NCBI GenBank assembly: GCA_032250805.1
Contig: JAVVEM010000004.1
Span: 41,809-105,808 of the forward strand
Reading direction: 5' to 3'
DNA length: 64,000 nt
Source: Bacteroidales bacterium
Lineage (GTDB): Bacteria > Bacteroidota > Bacteroidia > Bacteroidales > B18-G4
Both the position numbers and the translations under genes were made by a program. A model generated the notes under the pieces. The model saw only the letters and a list, made by a program, of their open reading frames with translations. It was not told where the DNA came from and did no database searches. Each line of letters opens with the position of its first letter. Positions within the stretch are counted from its first letter, which is position 1. Shown here in pieces: positions 48,813 through 57,515 of the stretch.

Positions 48813-51431
48813 ATGATGCAAAAACTTTTTTTCTTCTTTTTGGCACTATTCAGTTGCGCATCAGCCCTTGCCACCCACCAACGGGCAGGCGAGATCACCT
48901 ATAAATATGTTTCGGGTCTGACTTTTGAGATCACTGTGATCACCTATACCCGGACTTCGGCACCTGCCGACCGTCCGATGCTGGAAGTAAAATGGGGCGA
49001 TGGCACCAGCAGTGAACTCCCACGCACCGAAAAAATCAACTACGGCAATGATATCAGCCGCAATGTATACGCTTATGTGCCCGAAATCGGAGCCACACAG
49101 GCACGGCATACCTATTCTTCGCCCGGGACCTATAAGATCTCTGTTGAAGATCCCAACAGAAATTTCGGTGTGATGAATATCCCTAATTCGGTAAATGTTC
49201 CCTTATATATTGAAAGCATATTAACCATTAACCCCCTCCTGGGGATGAACAATTCGCCGGTATTGCTCAATCCTCCGATCGACAACGGTTGTGCTTTTCA
49301 AATTTATAACCACAACCCCGGAGCTTATGATATTGATGGTGACAGCCTGGCATACAGCCTGATCGCCTGCCGCGGCACGGATGGCCTGGTAATTCCCGGG
49401 TATACCCTGCCTCTTGCAACAGACAGCATCACCATCAATCCTGTTACGGGCGATGTAATCTGGGCTGTTCCTCCGATGCAGGGCGAGTTTAATCTTGCCA
49501 TATTAATTGAAGAATACAGGAACGGGATAAAAATCGGCAGCATTACGCGCGATATGCAGATCAACATTATCGGTTGTGAGGGACAGCAACCCCCTGTAAT
49601 TATTTCAAAAAGCGACACCTGTGTTGAAGCCGGCGATACACTTATCATGGAAATCAAAGCATATGACCCGGATGGCGATCAGGTGGAACTGACTGGAACG
49701 GGCGGTCCTTTTGAGCTTAACCAGAGCCCCGCATGGCTTGATCCGGATCCGGCAAGCGGCAACGACACGGTTACAACCACGCTGACATGGCCAACAATTT
49801 GCAACCATGTTCAAAAACAACCATATTTTACCTATTTTAAGGCACAGGACGATGGGAGCCCGGTAAATCTTGTTGCACTCAAAACAATTACCATTACCGT
49901 TATCGGCCCCGCCCCCAAAGACCCCTTTGCCGAAGCAATCGGAAGTTCTATTCACCTCAACTGGAGAAAAAGCCCCTGCACAAAAGCAGCAAAATACGAC
50001 ATATACCGGAGGATCGGGTATTATGGTTATTTTCCGGGCTATTGTGAAACCGGGGTGCCTGCATATACCGGATACACATTGATACATACCACAAACAGTG
50101 CCAATGACACCACCTACATTGATAATGGAAATGAAAATGGACTGATCAATGGGCTGGATTATTGCTATATGATCGTGGCTGTATTTGTTGACGGAGCTGA
50201 AAGCTATGCATCGGAGGAAGTCTGTGTCAGTCTGAAAAAAGACCTCCCGATCATTACCAATGCGGGGAACGACAGTGCCGACCTCAGCCGGGGCTTTGCC
50301 CGGCTGGCCTGGTCAAAGCCCACCGAACTGGATACGATCCAGATACCCGGCCCCTATTATTATGAATTACTCAGGGCTGAAGGCCTGAGCAGTCAGGAGT
50401 TCCAGTTCATTGAAAGCTTTAACGGGCTTAACGACACCCTCTACATTGATGCTTCAGCAAATCTGAATACGATTCCCTATCCATATAACTACAGGCTTGA
50501 TTTTTTCAGCGAAAGCATGGGATATATCGGGTCAAGCCAGGATGCGAGCACCATTCTTCTGAATATTTACGAAACCGACCAACGCCTTGAATTAAGCTGG
50601 CAGCTCAATGTACCCTGGACCAATGAATACTATAACATCTACAAAAGATCACCAGGCAGTGACCAGTACCTTTTAACCGGAAGCTCTACTGTGCCTTTCT
50701 ATACTGACACGAACCTGATAAACCACGAGGAATATTGTTATTATATTGAAAGCTATGGCAGCTATGGTACAGCAGGAATTTTCCATCCCCTGCTGAATTA
50801 TTCACAACTGGCCTGCGGCAGTCCTTACGATAATATCCCTCCCTGTCGGCCGGGATTGGACGTTTACACCAATTGTGTACGTTACGAAAACAAACTGGTT
50901 TGGAATAACCCCGCCTATGCCGACACCTGCGATAAAGACATCGCGAAATACTACATTTATTACAGTCCCGGGCAATCATCGGATCTCACCCTGCTTGATT
51001 CCGTTTCACAAAATTTTAACGACAGCCTGGAATATATCCATGCAGGAGTCACTCTTGGGTGTTATGCCATTACTGCCATTGACTCGGTGGGAAATCAAAG
51101 TTTGTTCAGCAATATTGTATGCACACCAGGTTGTTCGGGTTATGAGTTGCCCAATGTATTTACACCCAATGGCGATCAGTATAACGATCTGTTCACTCCC
51201 TATCAGGAGACTCTCGGGGGAGTTGAATCGGTAGAGATGAGTATTTTCAACCGCTGGGGATTGCTTGTGTTTGAAACCACCGACCCCATGATCAATTGGG
51301 ATGGAAGGCATTATAAAACCAACAAGGAATGTGCTGATGCAACCTATTTCTACATCTGTATTGTTTACGAAAATACCCTGAACGGCCTTGTTGAAAAAAC
51401 CATTCAGGGTACGGTTACTATTCTTCGGTAA
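48813..51431 (+). CDS. large secreted protein with T9SS type B (gliding-motility-associated) C-terminal domain
   Basis: Signal peptide, then the N-terminal HQRAGEITYKY motif. The C-terminus (LPNVFTPNGDQYNDLF...INWDGR...TYFY) matches the CHU_C/type B sorting domain. ATG 48813 is preferred over TTG 48810. Confidence 0.8.
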   Translation: MMQKLFFFFLALFSCASALATHQRAGEITYKYVSGLTFEITVITYTRTSAPADRPMLEVKWGDGTSSELPRTEKINYGNDISRNVYAYVPEIGATQARHTYSSPGTYKISVEDPNRNFGVMNIPNSVNVPLYIESILTINPLLGMNNSPVLLNPPIDNGCAFQIYNHNPGAYDIDGDSLAYSLIACRGTDGLVIPGYTLPLATDSITINPVTGDVIWAVPPMQGEFNLAILIEEYRNGIKIGSITRDMQINIIGCEGQQPPVIISKSDTCVEAGDTLIMEIKAYDPDGDQVELTGTGGPFELNQSPAWLDPDPASGNDTVTTTLTWPTICNHVQKQPYFTYFKAQDDGSPVNLVALKTITITVIGPAPKDPFAEAIGSSIHLNWRKSPCTKAAKYDIYRRIGYYGYFPGYCETGVPAYTGYTLIHTTNSANDTTYIDNGNENGLINGLDYCYMIVAVFVDGAESYASEEVCVSLKKDLPIITNAGNDSADLSRGFARLAWSKPTELDTIQIPGPYYYELLRAEGLSSQEFQFIESFNGLNDTLYIDASANLNTIPYPYNYRLDFFSESMGYIGSSQDASTILLNIYETDQRLELSWQLNVPWTNEYYNIYKRSPGSDQYLLTGSSTVPFYTDTNLINHEEYCYYIESYGSYGTAGIFHPLLNYSQLACGSPYDNIPPCRPGLDVYTNCVRYENKLVWNNPAYADTCDKDIAKYYIYYSPGQSSDLTLLDSVSQNFNDSLEYIHAGVTLGCYAITAIDSVGNQSLFSNIVCTPGCSGYELPNVFTPNGDQYNDLFTPYQETLGGVESVEMSIFNRWGLLVFETTDPMINWDGRHYKTNKECADATYFYICIVYENTLNGLVEKTIQGTVTILR

Positions 51432-51478
51432 TATTTGTTTTCAGGCAACTGATATCCTGCAAAAAAATATTTTACTGA

Positions 51479-52483
51479 CTACTTATCAATGGTCTTCAGT
51501 ATGGTGATCAGGTCAACAACCCGGTTGCTGTAGCCCCATTCGTTATCATACCAGTTCAGTGTACGAACGATGCGTTTACCAAGTACCTTGGTATATTCGG
51601 GATCGTATATGGAGCTGTATGAATTTCCAACGATATCTGATGAAACTACTTTATCTTCAGAGTAGAGCAGGATATTTTCCATCCGTTTTGTTTTTGAGGC
51701 AATCCTCACTGCGGCGTGTATATCTTCAATGCTCACATCTTTTTTTAATTCAACCACAAGGTCGACCACCGATCCGTCGGGCACGGGCACTCTCGAAGCC
51801 ATCCCGTCAAGTTTCCCTTTTAATGCGGGAATAACCTGTCCGACCACTTTAGCGGCACCGGTTGTGGTAGGGATAATATTCTCGGCCGCAGCACGTCCGC
51901 GACGCCAGTCTTTGTGTGGTACATCAGCCAGGCGTTGATCATTCGTATAGGCATGTGTAGTGGTCATCAAGCCTTCCCTGATGCCGAACGAATCGTTCAG
52001 AACCTTTGCCATAGGAGCCAGACAATTCGTAGTACAACTGGCATTGGAAATGATCCTGTGCTCAGGCTTAAGGTCATCCTCATTTACACCAATCACCACA
52101 GTACAGTCGATCTCATCTTTTGAAGGCACGGTGAGCACTACTCGTTTGGCACCTGCCTGGAGGTGCAGTTCGAGGCTTTGGCGTGTACGGAAAATGCCGG
52201 TTGCTTCGACAACAACATCAATTTCAAGTTCCTTCCATGGAAGCTTATCCGGCTCACGTATGCTGAGCATCTTTACTTTCTCGTGCGGGGTGACCAAATA
52301 ATCACCATCAAGCGAAATATCCTGGCCGAAGCCCGACATAACCGTATCATATTTTAACAGATATGCCAGTACTTCATTGTCGAATAAGTCGTTAATGGCT
52401 ACTACATCGATATCTTCACGCGCATTGAGGATACGGAACACTGATCGCCCGATCCTTCCAAATCCGTTTATTGCTACTCTCAT
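51479..52483 (-). CDS. gap: type I glyceraldehyde-3-phosphate dehydrogenase (paralogue 2, canonical active site)
   Basis: INGFGRIGR, SNASCTTNCLAP (Cys150), TTTHAYTNDQ, TTTGAAKV, SRVPVPDGS and WYDNEWGYS. Its ATG overlaps the stop of the upstream paralogue (ATGA at 52480..52483). Confidence 0.9.
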   Translation of the reverse strand: MRVAINGFGRIGRSVFRILNAREDIDVVAINDLFDNEVLAYLLKYDTVMSGFGQDISLDGDYLVTPHEKVKMLSIREPDKLPWKELEIDVVVEATGIFRTRQSLELHLQAGAKRVVLTVPSKDEIDCTVVIGVNEDDLKPEHRIISNASCTTNCLAPMAKVLNDSFGIREGLMTTTHAYTNDQRLADVPHKDWRRGRAAAENIIPTTTGAAKVVGQVIPALKGKLDGMASRVPVPDGSVVDLVVELKKDVSIEDIHAAVRIASKTKRMENILLYSEDKVVSSDIVGNSYSSIYDPEYTKVLGKRIVRTLNWYDNEWGYSNRVVDLITILKTIDK

Positions 52484-53505
52484 TGCGAACCTCCTTTCTT
52501 GTCTAATTCATTATAAGCCACGATCAGGTCAACGATCCTGCTTGCAGTGGCAAGTGCAGTATGGTACCAGGTCAGCGTTTTCACCATTCTTCCCAGCGAC
52601 ATCATTGTTGCCTGTGTGTCAAAATTTACAGAGTGACGGTTGCCAATAACATCAGTTGAGACGATAGGGTCGTCGACCACCCGGACAACCATGGGGTGAT
52701 TTTCAGCATACTTACGCACAGCTTCGTTCACCTGGACCTTCGTTACGCCTGTCTTTTTCAAAACAGTGGTCAGGTCAAGGAGCGAACCATTCGGCACCGG
52801 CACATTAAGTGCTGAGCCTTCGATCCTGCCTTTGAATTCAGGCATGATATGCTGTTGTATCCATCTGGGGCTGGGTGTTTCGTTAGGGATAATGTTTTCG
52901 GCGGCTGAACGGCTTCGCCTGAAATCATGACTGGCCTTATCACGCAACGGCTGATCGGAAGTATATGAGTGTACTGTAGTGAGCATTGCATAGTCAACAC
53001 CAAAAGCTTCATCAAGTATCTTCATGATAATGGCTGTGGCATTTGTGGTTGCAGACCCTGCACATACAATTTTGTCAGCAGCTTTCATGGTGTTTTCGTT
53101 CACACCTTTAACCACGATCCTGTCGATCTCATCAGAAGGCAACATGGACAGTACAACACGTTTTGCCCCTGCTTTCAAGTGACGTTCCAGTTCGGCCCTG
53201 GATTTATACATTCCTGTACCATCAATGGCGACATCAACATCCAGACTGTCCCAGAGCACATCACCCGGCTCCAGATGCCTTCCCTGGATCATCCTGGCCC
53301 TGCCATTTGAGGAAACCAGAAAGTTTCCTTCCAGCCTGACATCGATTCCACCCTTGGTCTCTGCCTTAAGCAGATACTCAAGGATCTCGGGGCGACCCAG
53401 GTCGGCTATCGCCACGATCTCTATGCGGTTATCGTTAAGGCAAAGACGATATACGTGCCGCCCCACCTCACCGAATCCCATAATTCCAACTCGAATTCTT
53501 TTCAT
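52480..53505 (-). CDS. GAPDH-family protein lacking the catalytic cysteine (paralogue 3, probable non-canonical or pseudoenzyme)
   Basis: Intact 341-aa ORF of GAPDH length and layout (IMGFGEVGR, TTVHSYTSDQ). The active-site motif reads CAGSATTNA, with Ala152 codon GCA at 53050..53052. TGAAK is replaced by ETPSPRW, RVPV by NVPV, and WYDNEWGYS by WYHTALATAS. Confidence 0.8.
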   Translation of the reverse strand: MKRIRVGIMGFGEVGRHVYRLCLNDNRIEIVAIADLGRPEILEYLLKAETKGGIDVRLEGNFLVSSNGRARMIQGRHLEPGDVLWDSLDVDVAIDGTGMYKSRAELERHLKAGAKRVVLSMLPSDEIDRIVVKGVNENTMKAADKIVCAGSATTNATAIIMKILDEAFGVDYAMLTTVHSYTSDQPLRDKASHDFRRSRSAAENIIPNETPSPRWIQQHIMPEFKGRIEGSALNVPVPNGSLLDLTTVLKKTGVTKVQVNEAVRKYAENHPMVVRVVDDPIVSTDVIGNRHSVNFDTQATMMSLGRMVKTLTWYHTALATASRIVDLIVAYNELDKKGGSQ

Positions 53506-53605
53506 AATTATAAAAATTTTATTGTTCTACAAATCCTTAACATTCCCAGGTAAAATACGTTCAAAAAAAGTGATGAAATATTTTTCCTGATCTTGCAAGG
53601 AGGCT

Positions 53606-53613
53606 GCAAAGTT
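53606..53613 (-). promoter_or_regulatory. -7 box candidate for the tandem GAPDH-family pair
   Basis: The minus strand reads TTAACTTTGCAGC, 100 nt before ATG 53505. Confidence 0.4.
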
Positions 53614-53786
53614 AATATTTATATGGCAGATCTGGTATTAATATTGTGTTAATTTTCAACAATTAAGCATCTGAAGATATTAGATTTCCAATCAAAGAAA
53701 CCTATCTGCAGGTAGCTGAGGATATATCAAATCCGGCCATCTTTCATTTAAAAATGGAAGCATCATAGTATTATAGTTATTTGTCG

Positions 53787-53794
53787 TATTTTTG
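53787..53794 (+). promoter_or_regulatory. -7 box candidate abutting the lepA start codon
   Basis: TATTTTTGCACCAATG. Only 5 nt separate the box from ATG 53800. Confidence 0.45.
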
Positions 53795-53799
53795 CACCA

Positions 53800-55587
53800 A
53801 TGAAAAATACCCGTAATTTCTGCATCATCGCCCATATCGACCATGGTAAAAGTACACTGGCCGACAGGCTTCTTGAGATGACCGGTACCATTTCCGACCG
53901 TGACCTTCAGGAACAGGTGCTGGATAATATGGACCTGGAACGGGAAAGGGGAATCACCATTAAGAGTCATGCCATACAAATGGAATATGACTTTGAGGGA
54001 GAGCATTATTTGCTTAATCTTATCGATACTCCGGGGCATGTTGATTTTTCATACGAGGTATCGCGCAGCCTGGCGGCATGCGAAGGAGCTCTCCTGATCG
54101 TTGATGCCACTCAGGGAATACAGGCCCAAACGATCTCGAACCTTTATCTGGCCATAGAAAACGACCTGGAGATCATCCCGGTTCTGAACAAAATGGATCT
54201 CGAAGCAGCCATGCCCGAAGATGTTAAAGACCAGATCGTCGACCTGATCGGATGTAATCGTGACGACATCATCGAAGCCAGCGGCAAGACCGGTTATGGC
54301 GTTGAACGCATGCTCGAAGACATTATTCGCAAGATACCATCGCCAAGAGGCGACCCCGATGCACCTCTGCAGGCCATGATCTTCGACTCTGTATTTAATT
54401 CTTTTCGTGGCATTATTGCCTATATCAGGATTATAAACGGTACCTTAAAAAAAGGTGAGCTGGTAAAATTTGTGAATACACGTAAAGAATACAATGCCGA
54501 CGAAATTGGGGTACTTAAGCTTAAACAGGATCCCAAAAAACAGCTTTCGGCAGGCGATGTTGGATATATTATTTCCGGCATTAAGATGTCGAAGGAAGTG
54601 AAAGTGGGCGACACCATTACGCATGTCGACAGGCCTTGCGAAAAAGCTATTGCCGGATATAAAGAAGTTAAACCTATGGTATTTGCCGGCCTTTATCCTG
54701 TTGATGCCGATGAATATGAAGAACTAAGGGCTTCGCTCGAAAAGCTTCAGCTCAATGATGCATCCCTTACATTTGAGCCCGAATCATCGGCAGCTCTTGG
54801 ATTTGGCTTCAGGTGCGGATTCCTGGGATTGCTCCATATGGAGATCATACAGGAACGACTCGACAGGGAGTTTGATATGAACGTAATTACAACGGTTCCC
54901 AATGTCTCCTATAATGTCATTACCCACAAAGGCGAACGCCTAGAGGTACACAACCCTTCCGGATTGCCCGATCAGAAATATATCGACCACATCGAAGAAC
55001 CATACATTATTGCGCAGATCATTTCAAAAAATGAATTTGTAGGCTCAGTAATGAAACTCTGCATTGATAAACGTGGGATATTAAAGAACCAGGTATATCT
55101 TACCAGCAACCGCGTTGAGGTGACCTTTGAGATGCCGCTTGGCGAGATTGTCTTTGATTTCTATGATAAGCTAAAAAGCATTTCGCGGGGCTATGCATCA
55201 TTCGATTACCACCAGTCGGGATATAAACCCGCCAAACTGGTGAAACTCGATATTTTGCTGAATGGCGAATCGGTTGATGCCTTGTCAACGCTGATTCATC
55301 AGGACAATGCCTACGATTTTGGACGAAGAATGTGCGTTAAACTGAAAGAACTCATCCCCCGACAGCAATTCGATATTGCCATACAGGCAGCCATTGGCGC
55401 CAAGATCATTGCCCGCGAAACAGTTAAAGCAGTTAGAAAAGACGTCACCGCCAAATGTTATGGTGGCGATATTACCCGTAAGCGTAAACTTCTTGAAAAA
55501 CAAAAGAAAGGGAAAAAAAGAATGCGTCAGGTAGGTAATGTGGAAGTCCCGCAGCAGGCATTTTTAGCCGTTCTTAAACTGGACTGA
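53800..55587 (+). CDS. lepA: elongation factor 4 (LepA)
   Basis: Motifs [31 protein letters not shown] and the C-terminal [16 protein letters not shown]. Confidence 0.93.
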   Translation: MKNTRNFCIIAHIDHGKSTLADRLLEMTGTISDRDLQEQVLDNMDLERERGITIKSHAIQMEYDFEGEHYLLNLIDTPGHVDFSYEVSRSLAACEGALLIVDATQGIQAQTISNLYLAIENDLEIIPVLNKMDLEAAMPEDVKDQIVDLIGCNRDDIIEASGKTGYGVERMLEDIIRKIPSPRGDPDAPLQAMIFDSVFNSFRGIIAYIRIINGTLKKGELVKFVNTRKEYNADEIGVLKLKQDPKKQLSAGDVGYIISGIKMSKEVKVGDTITHVDRPCEKAIAGYKEVKPMVFAGLYPVDADEYEELRASLEKLQLNDASLTFEPESSAALGFGFRCGFLGLLHMEIIQERLDREFDMNVITTVPNVSYNVITHKGERLEVHNPSGLPDQKYIDHIEEPYIIAQIISKNEFVGSVMKLCIDKRGILKNQVYLTSNRVEVTFEMPLGEIVFDFYDKLKSISRGYASFDYHQSGYKPAKLVKLDILLNGESVDALSTLIHQDNAYDFGRRMCVKLKELIPRQQFDIAIQAAIGAKIIARETVKAVRKDVTAKCYGGDITRKRKLLEKQKKGKKRMRQVGNVEVPQQAFLAVLKLD

Positions 55588-55592
55588 TCAGG

Positions 55593-55666
55593 GCTTCAGT
55601 GTTTCAGTGCCTGCCCCGAGAACCCGGTGGTTTCAGTGCCTGCCCCGAAGCCTCGGGTGTTTCAGT
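55593..55666. repeat. short tandem direct repeats in the lepA / ECF sigma intergenic region
   Basis: The 19-mer GTTTCAGTGCCTGCCCCGA occurs at 55601..55619 and 55630..55648 (29-bp period). Partial copies (G)CTTCAGTG at 55593..55601 and GTTTCAGTG at 55658..55666 flank them. Confidence 0.85.
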
Positions 55667-55672
55667 GTTTTT
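55644..55672 (+). terminator. possible lepA terminator embedded in the repeat region
   Basis: Stem CCCGA (55644..55648), loop AGCC, stem TCGGG (55653..55657), then T-rich TGTTTCAGTGTTTTT. The stem is short. Confidence 0.35.
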
Positions 55673-55674
55673 GC

Positions 55675-55733
55675 ATCCACCGAAGACTTTCATCCTTCGC
55701 TAAAGCTTCGGCTGATAAGAGGCGAAGGTGGAT
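55675..55733. other. stem-loop with mutually exclusive pairings
   Basis: ATCCACC (55675..55681) pairs with GGTGGAT (55727..55733). CCTTCGC (55694..55700) pairs with GCGAAGG (55722..55728). The two 3' arms overlap by 2 nt. Further CGAAG/CTTCG elements occur at 55681, 55695 and 55706. Confidence 0.5.
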
Positions 55734-55743
55734 AGTGTTAAAT

Positions 55744-55799
55744 GGCTAAATTAGTGAGACTATAATTTCAGGAACGGCGTGACGTGAAATTATTTAGCC
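55744..55799. other. long bulged hairpin upstream of the ECF sigma promoter candidate
   Basis: The outer stem is GGCTAA (55744..55749) / TTAGCC (55794..55799). The inner stem is ATAATTTCA (55762..55770) / TGAAATTAT (55785..55793). There is a 12-nt bulge and a 14-nt loop. Confidence 0.55.
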
Positions 55800-55832
55800 G
55801 TTGCAGCCGGTGGAATTCCTGACTCCAAAGCA

Positions 55833-55840
55833 TATTTTTG
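55833..55840 (+). promoter_or_regulatory. -7 box candidate for the ECF sigma operon
   Basis: TATTTTTGCAGC, 77 nt before ATG 55918 and 29 nt before TTG 55870. Confidence 0.45.
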
Positions 55841-55917
55841 CAGCATAGCACATAATATTTGTAACTTTATTGCTGCAAATCCGTCCTACAATAAAAAATC
55901 AGGATATTGCCGGACAA

Positions 55918-56403
55918 ATGACTACCCGCGATTATAATGATTGTGTCGACAGGAATGCTGATGGGGTGTACCGCTTCATTCTTAAGAACCTTAAGGATGA
56001 GCATGATGCACAGGATGTGGTTCAGAATGCCTTCGAAAAACTCTGGATCAACCATAACAAAGTGGCTGCTGAAAAAGCAAAGTCGTATTTATTTACTACG
56101 GCCTATCATACCATGATCGACCATATCAGAAAAGCAAAAGCTGTTGGAAGTCTTGAAGATATGCCCGAAACCGGCAGCAGTACTTTGAACGATTATACAG
56201 ATATTGGCGAAATACTGGACGAAGCACTGGAAAAACTGAACGAAATACAACGGTCGGTGCTGCTGTTGCGCGATTATGAAGGATATTCATATAAAGAGAT
56301 TGGCGACATTACCGGGCTGAACGAAGCACAGGTGAAAGTATATATTTACCGGGCCAGGACATTCTTAAAGGGATACCTGGTGAGCCCCGAACACATTCTA
56401 TAA
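55918..56403 (+). CDS. ECF-type RNA polymerase sigma-70 factor
   Basis: Region 2 (VYRFILKNLKDEHDAQDVVQNAFEKLW) and region 4 (IQRSVLLLRDYEGYSYKEIGDITGLNEAQVKVYIYRAR). The ORF track starts at TTG 55870; ATG 55918 is preferred. Confidence 0.85.
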   Translation: MTTRDYNDCVDRNADGVYRFILKNLKDEHDAQDVVQNAFEKLWINHNKVAAEKAKSYLFTTAYHTMIDHIRKAKAVGSLEDMPETGSSTLNDYTDIGEILDEALEKLNEIQRSVLLLRDYEGYSYKEIGDITGLNEAQVKVYIYRARTFLKGYLVSPEHIL

Positions 56404-56404
56404 G

Positions 56405-57433
56405 ATGACCATTAACGAACATAACTACGAAGCATACTTCCTCGACTATTACGAAGGCAATTTGCCGGAGGAAGACATAGGTGTGTTGATGGCCTTTCTG
56501 GATGAAAATCCCGGTCTGCGCGAGGAGTTTTTGGAATATGAGGGCCTGAGGATCAAGCCCGATATGAATATTTCATTCGCCGCGAAAAATGCCTTGAAAA
56601 AATCAACGGCCGGTAAAAATCACCCAACCGGAGACGAACTCCTGATCGCTTATCTCGAAGGTGATCTTGATAAAGAAGAAGCAATCAGGGTTGAAGCAGC
56701 GCTTCATGACGATGAACATGCATCAGAGAGGCTTGTGCTGCTTAAATCTATCATATTAAAACCCAGCCTTTCAATCGTTTATCCAAAAAAAGAAAAGCTG
56801 AAGAAAAAAACACCTGGCGGCTACGGCACTTTTAAAGTATATGCTTATGCTGCCGCTGCCGTACTCCTGCTGTTTATCGGTCTTTCGTCGGTTATCATGT
56901 TTTATACCACAAATATTGAAACCAGTGACAAGCCTGTCATCGCCAGAGCAGTGCCTCATACAATAACGAATATAGCGTATGAGAAAGCCAGTATCAATCC
57001 CACGATGAGGGCAGATGTTTCACCTATTTTCACCCCCGCTGAAAACGAAAGATATGTAAGCGAAAAGTTACTGCCAAAAAGTGCGATAAAAATAGAAACC
57101 ACCTATATAAACCATAATTATATCGCCCTTTACAGGCAATTGCCACCTCCATCCTATGGCCTTTTTTCTTCAGGCGAAAGCCTGGCAGAAGCTGATGCTG
57201 AATATGATAAAACCCTTGCCGGGAAGATCATATCAGGTTTCTTCAACAAAGTGAGCGCTCCCTTTAAAAGTGTTGACAGGGAAGATGAAAAAACAAAAGG
57301 CAACTTCTCGATATGGGATATTGCGGAATTTGGCGTTAAAGGTGTGAATGCCCTTGGCGACCATGAATATACGCTGGTTAAGCGTTACAATGAAAACGGG
57401 AATGTGAAAGGCTTTATGATTCTTGAAGAATAA
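56405..57433 (+). CDS. putative anti-sigma factor (single-pass membrane protein)
   Basis: Starts 1 nt after the sigma gene stop. The N-terminal cytoplasmic region carries two YxEGxL-type helices, followed by one TM segment (VYAYAAAAVLLLFIGLSSVIMFY) and a periplasmic C-terminus. There is no zf-HC2 cysteine or histidine pattern. Confidence 0.55.
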   Translation: MTINEHNYEAYFLDYYEGNLPEEDIGVLMAFLDENPGLREEFLEYEGLRIKPDMNISFAAKNALKKSTAGKNHPTGDELLIAYLEGDLDKEEAIRVEAALHDDEHASERLVLLKSIILKPSLSIVYPKKEKLKKKTPGGYGTFKVYAYAAAAVLLLFIGLSSVIMFYTTNIETSDKPVIARAVPHTITNIAYEKASINPTMRADVSPIFTPAENERYVSEKLLPKSAIKIETTYINHNYIALYRQLPPPSYGLFSSGESLAEADAEYDKTLAGKIISGFFNKVSAPFKSVDREDEKTKGNFSIWDIAEFGVKGVNALGDHEYTLVKRYNENGNVKGFMILEE

Positions 57434-57515
57434 TCAATAATAAGGCAAAGGAAGCCGTGATCTGTAACTTTTTAAACCTCCCGTCCGTCACACCAAAAAC
57501 ATTAAAACAAAAATC

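Noticed and set aside
53692-54039. 115-aa minus-strand ORF across the lepA start.
   Set aside because: It overlaps the conserved lepA N-terminus on the opposite strand and has no supporting signal.
55593-55666. Possible CRISPR array, because of the exact 19-bp direct repeats.
   Set aside because: There are only two full copies. The spacers between them are about 10 bp, far below CRISPR spacer length. No cas genes or leader are present in the window.
55771-55799. GGAAC in the hairpin loop as the -35 element of an autoregulated ECF promoter.
   Set aside because: No CGT-type -10 lies at the expected 16-17 nt spacing. CGT triplets fall at offsets 3, 8 and 24. The Bacteroidota ECF promoter consensus is not known to me.
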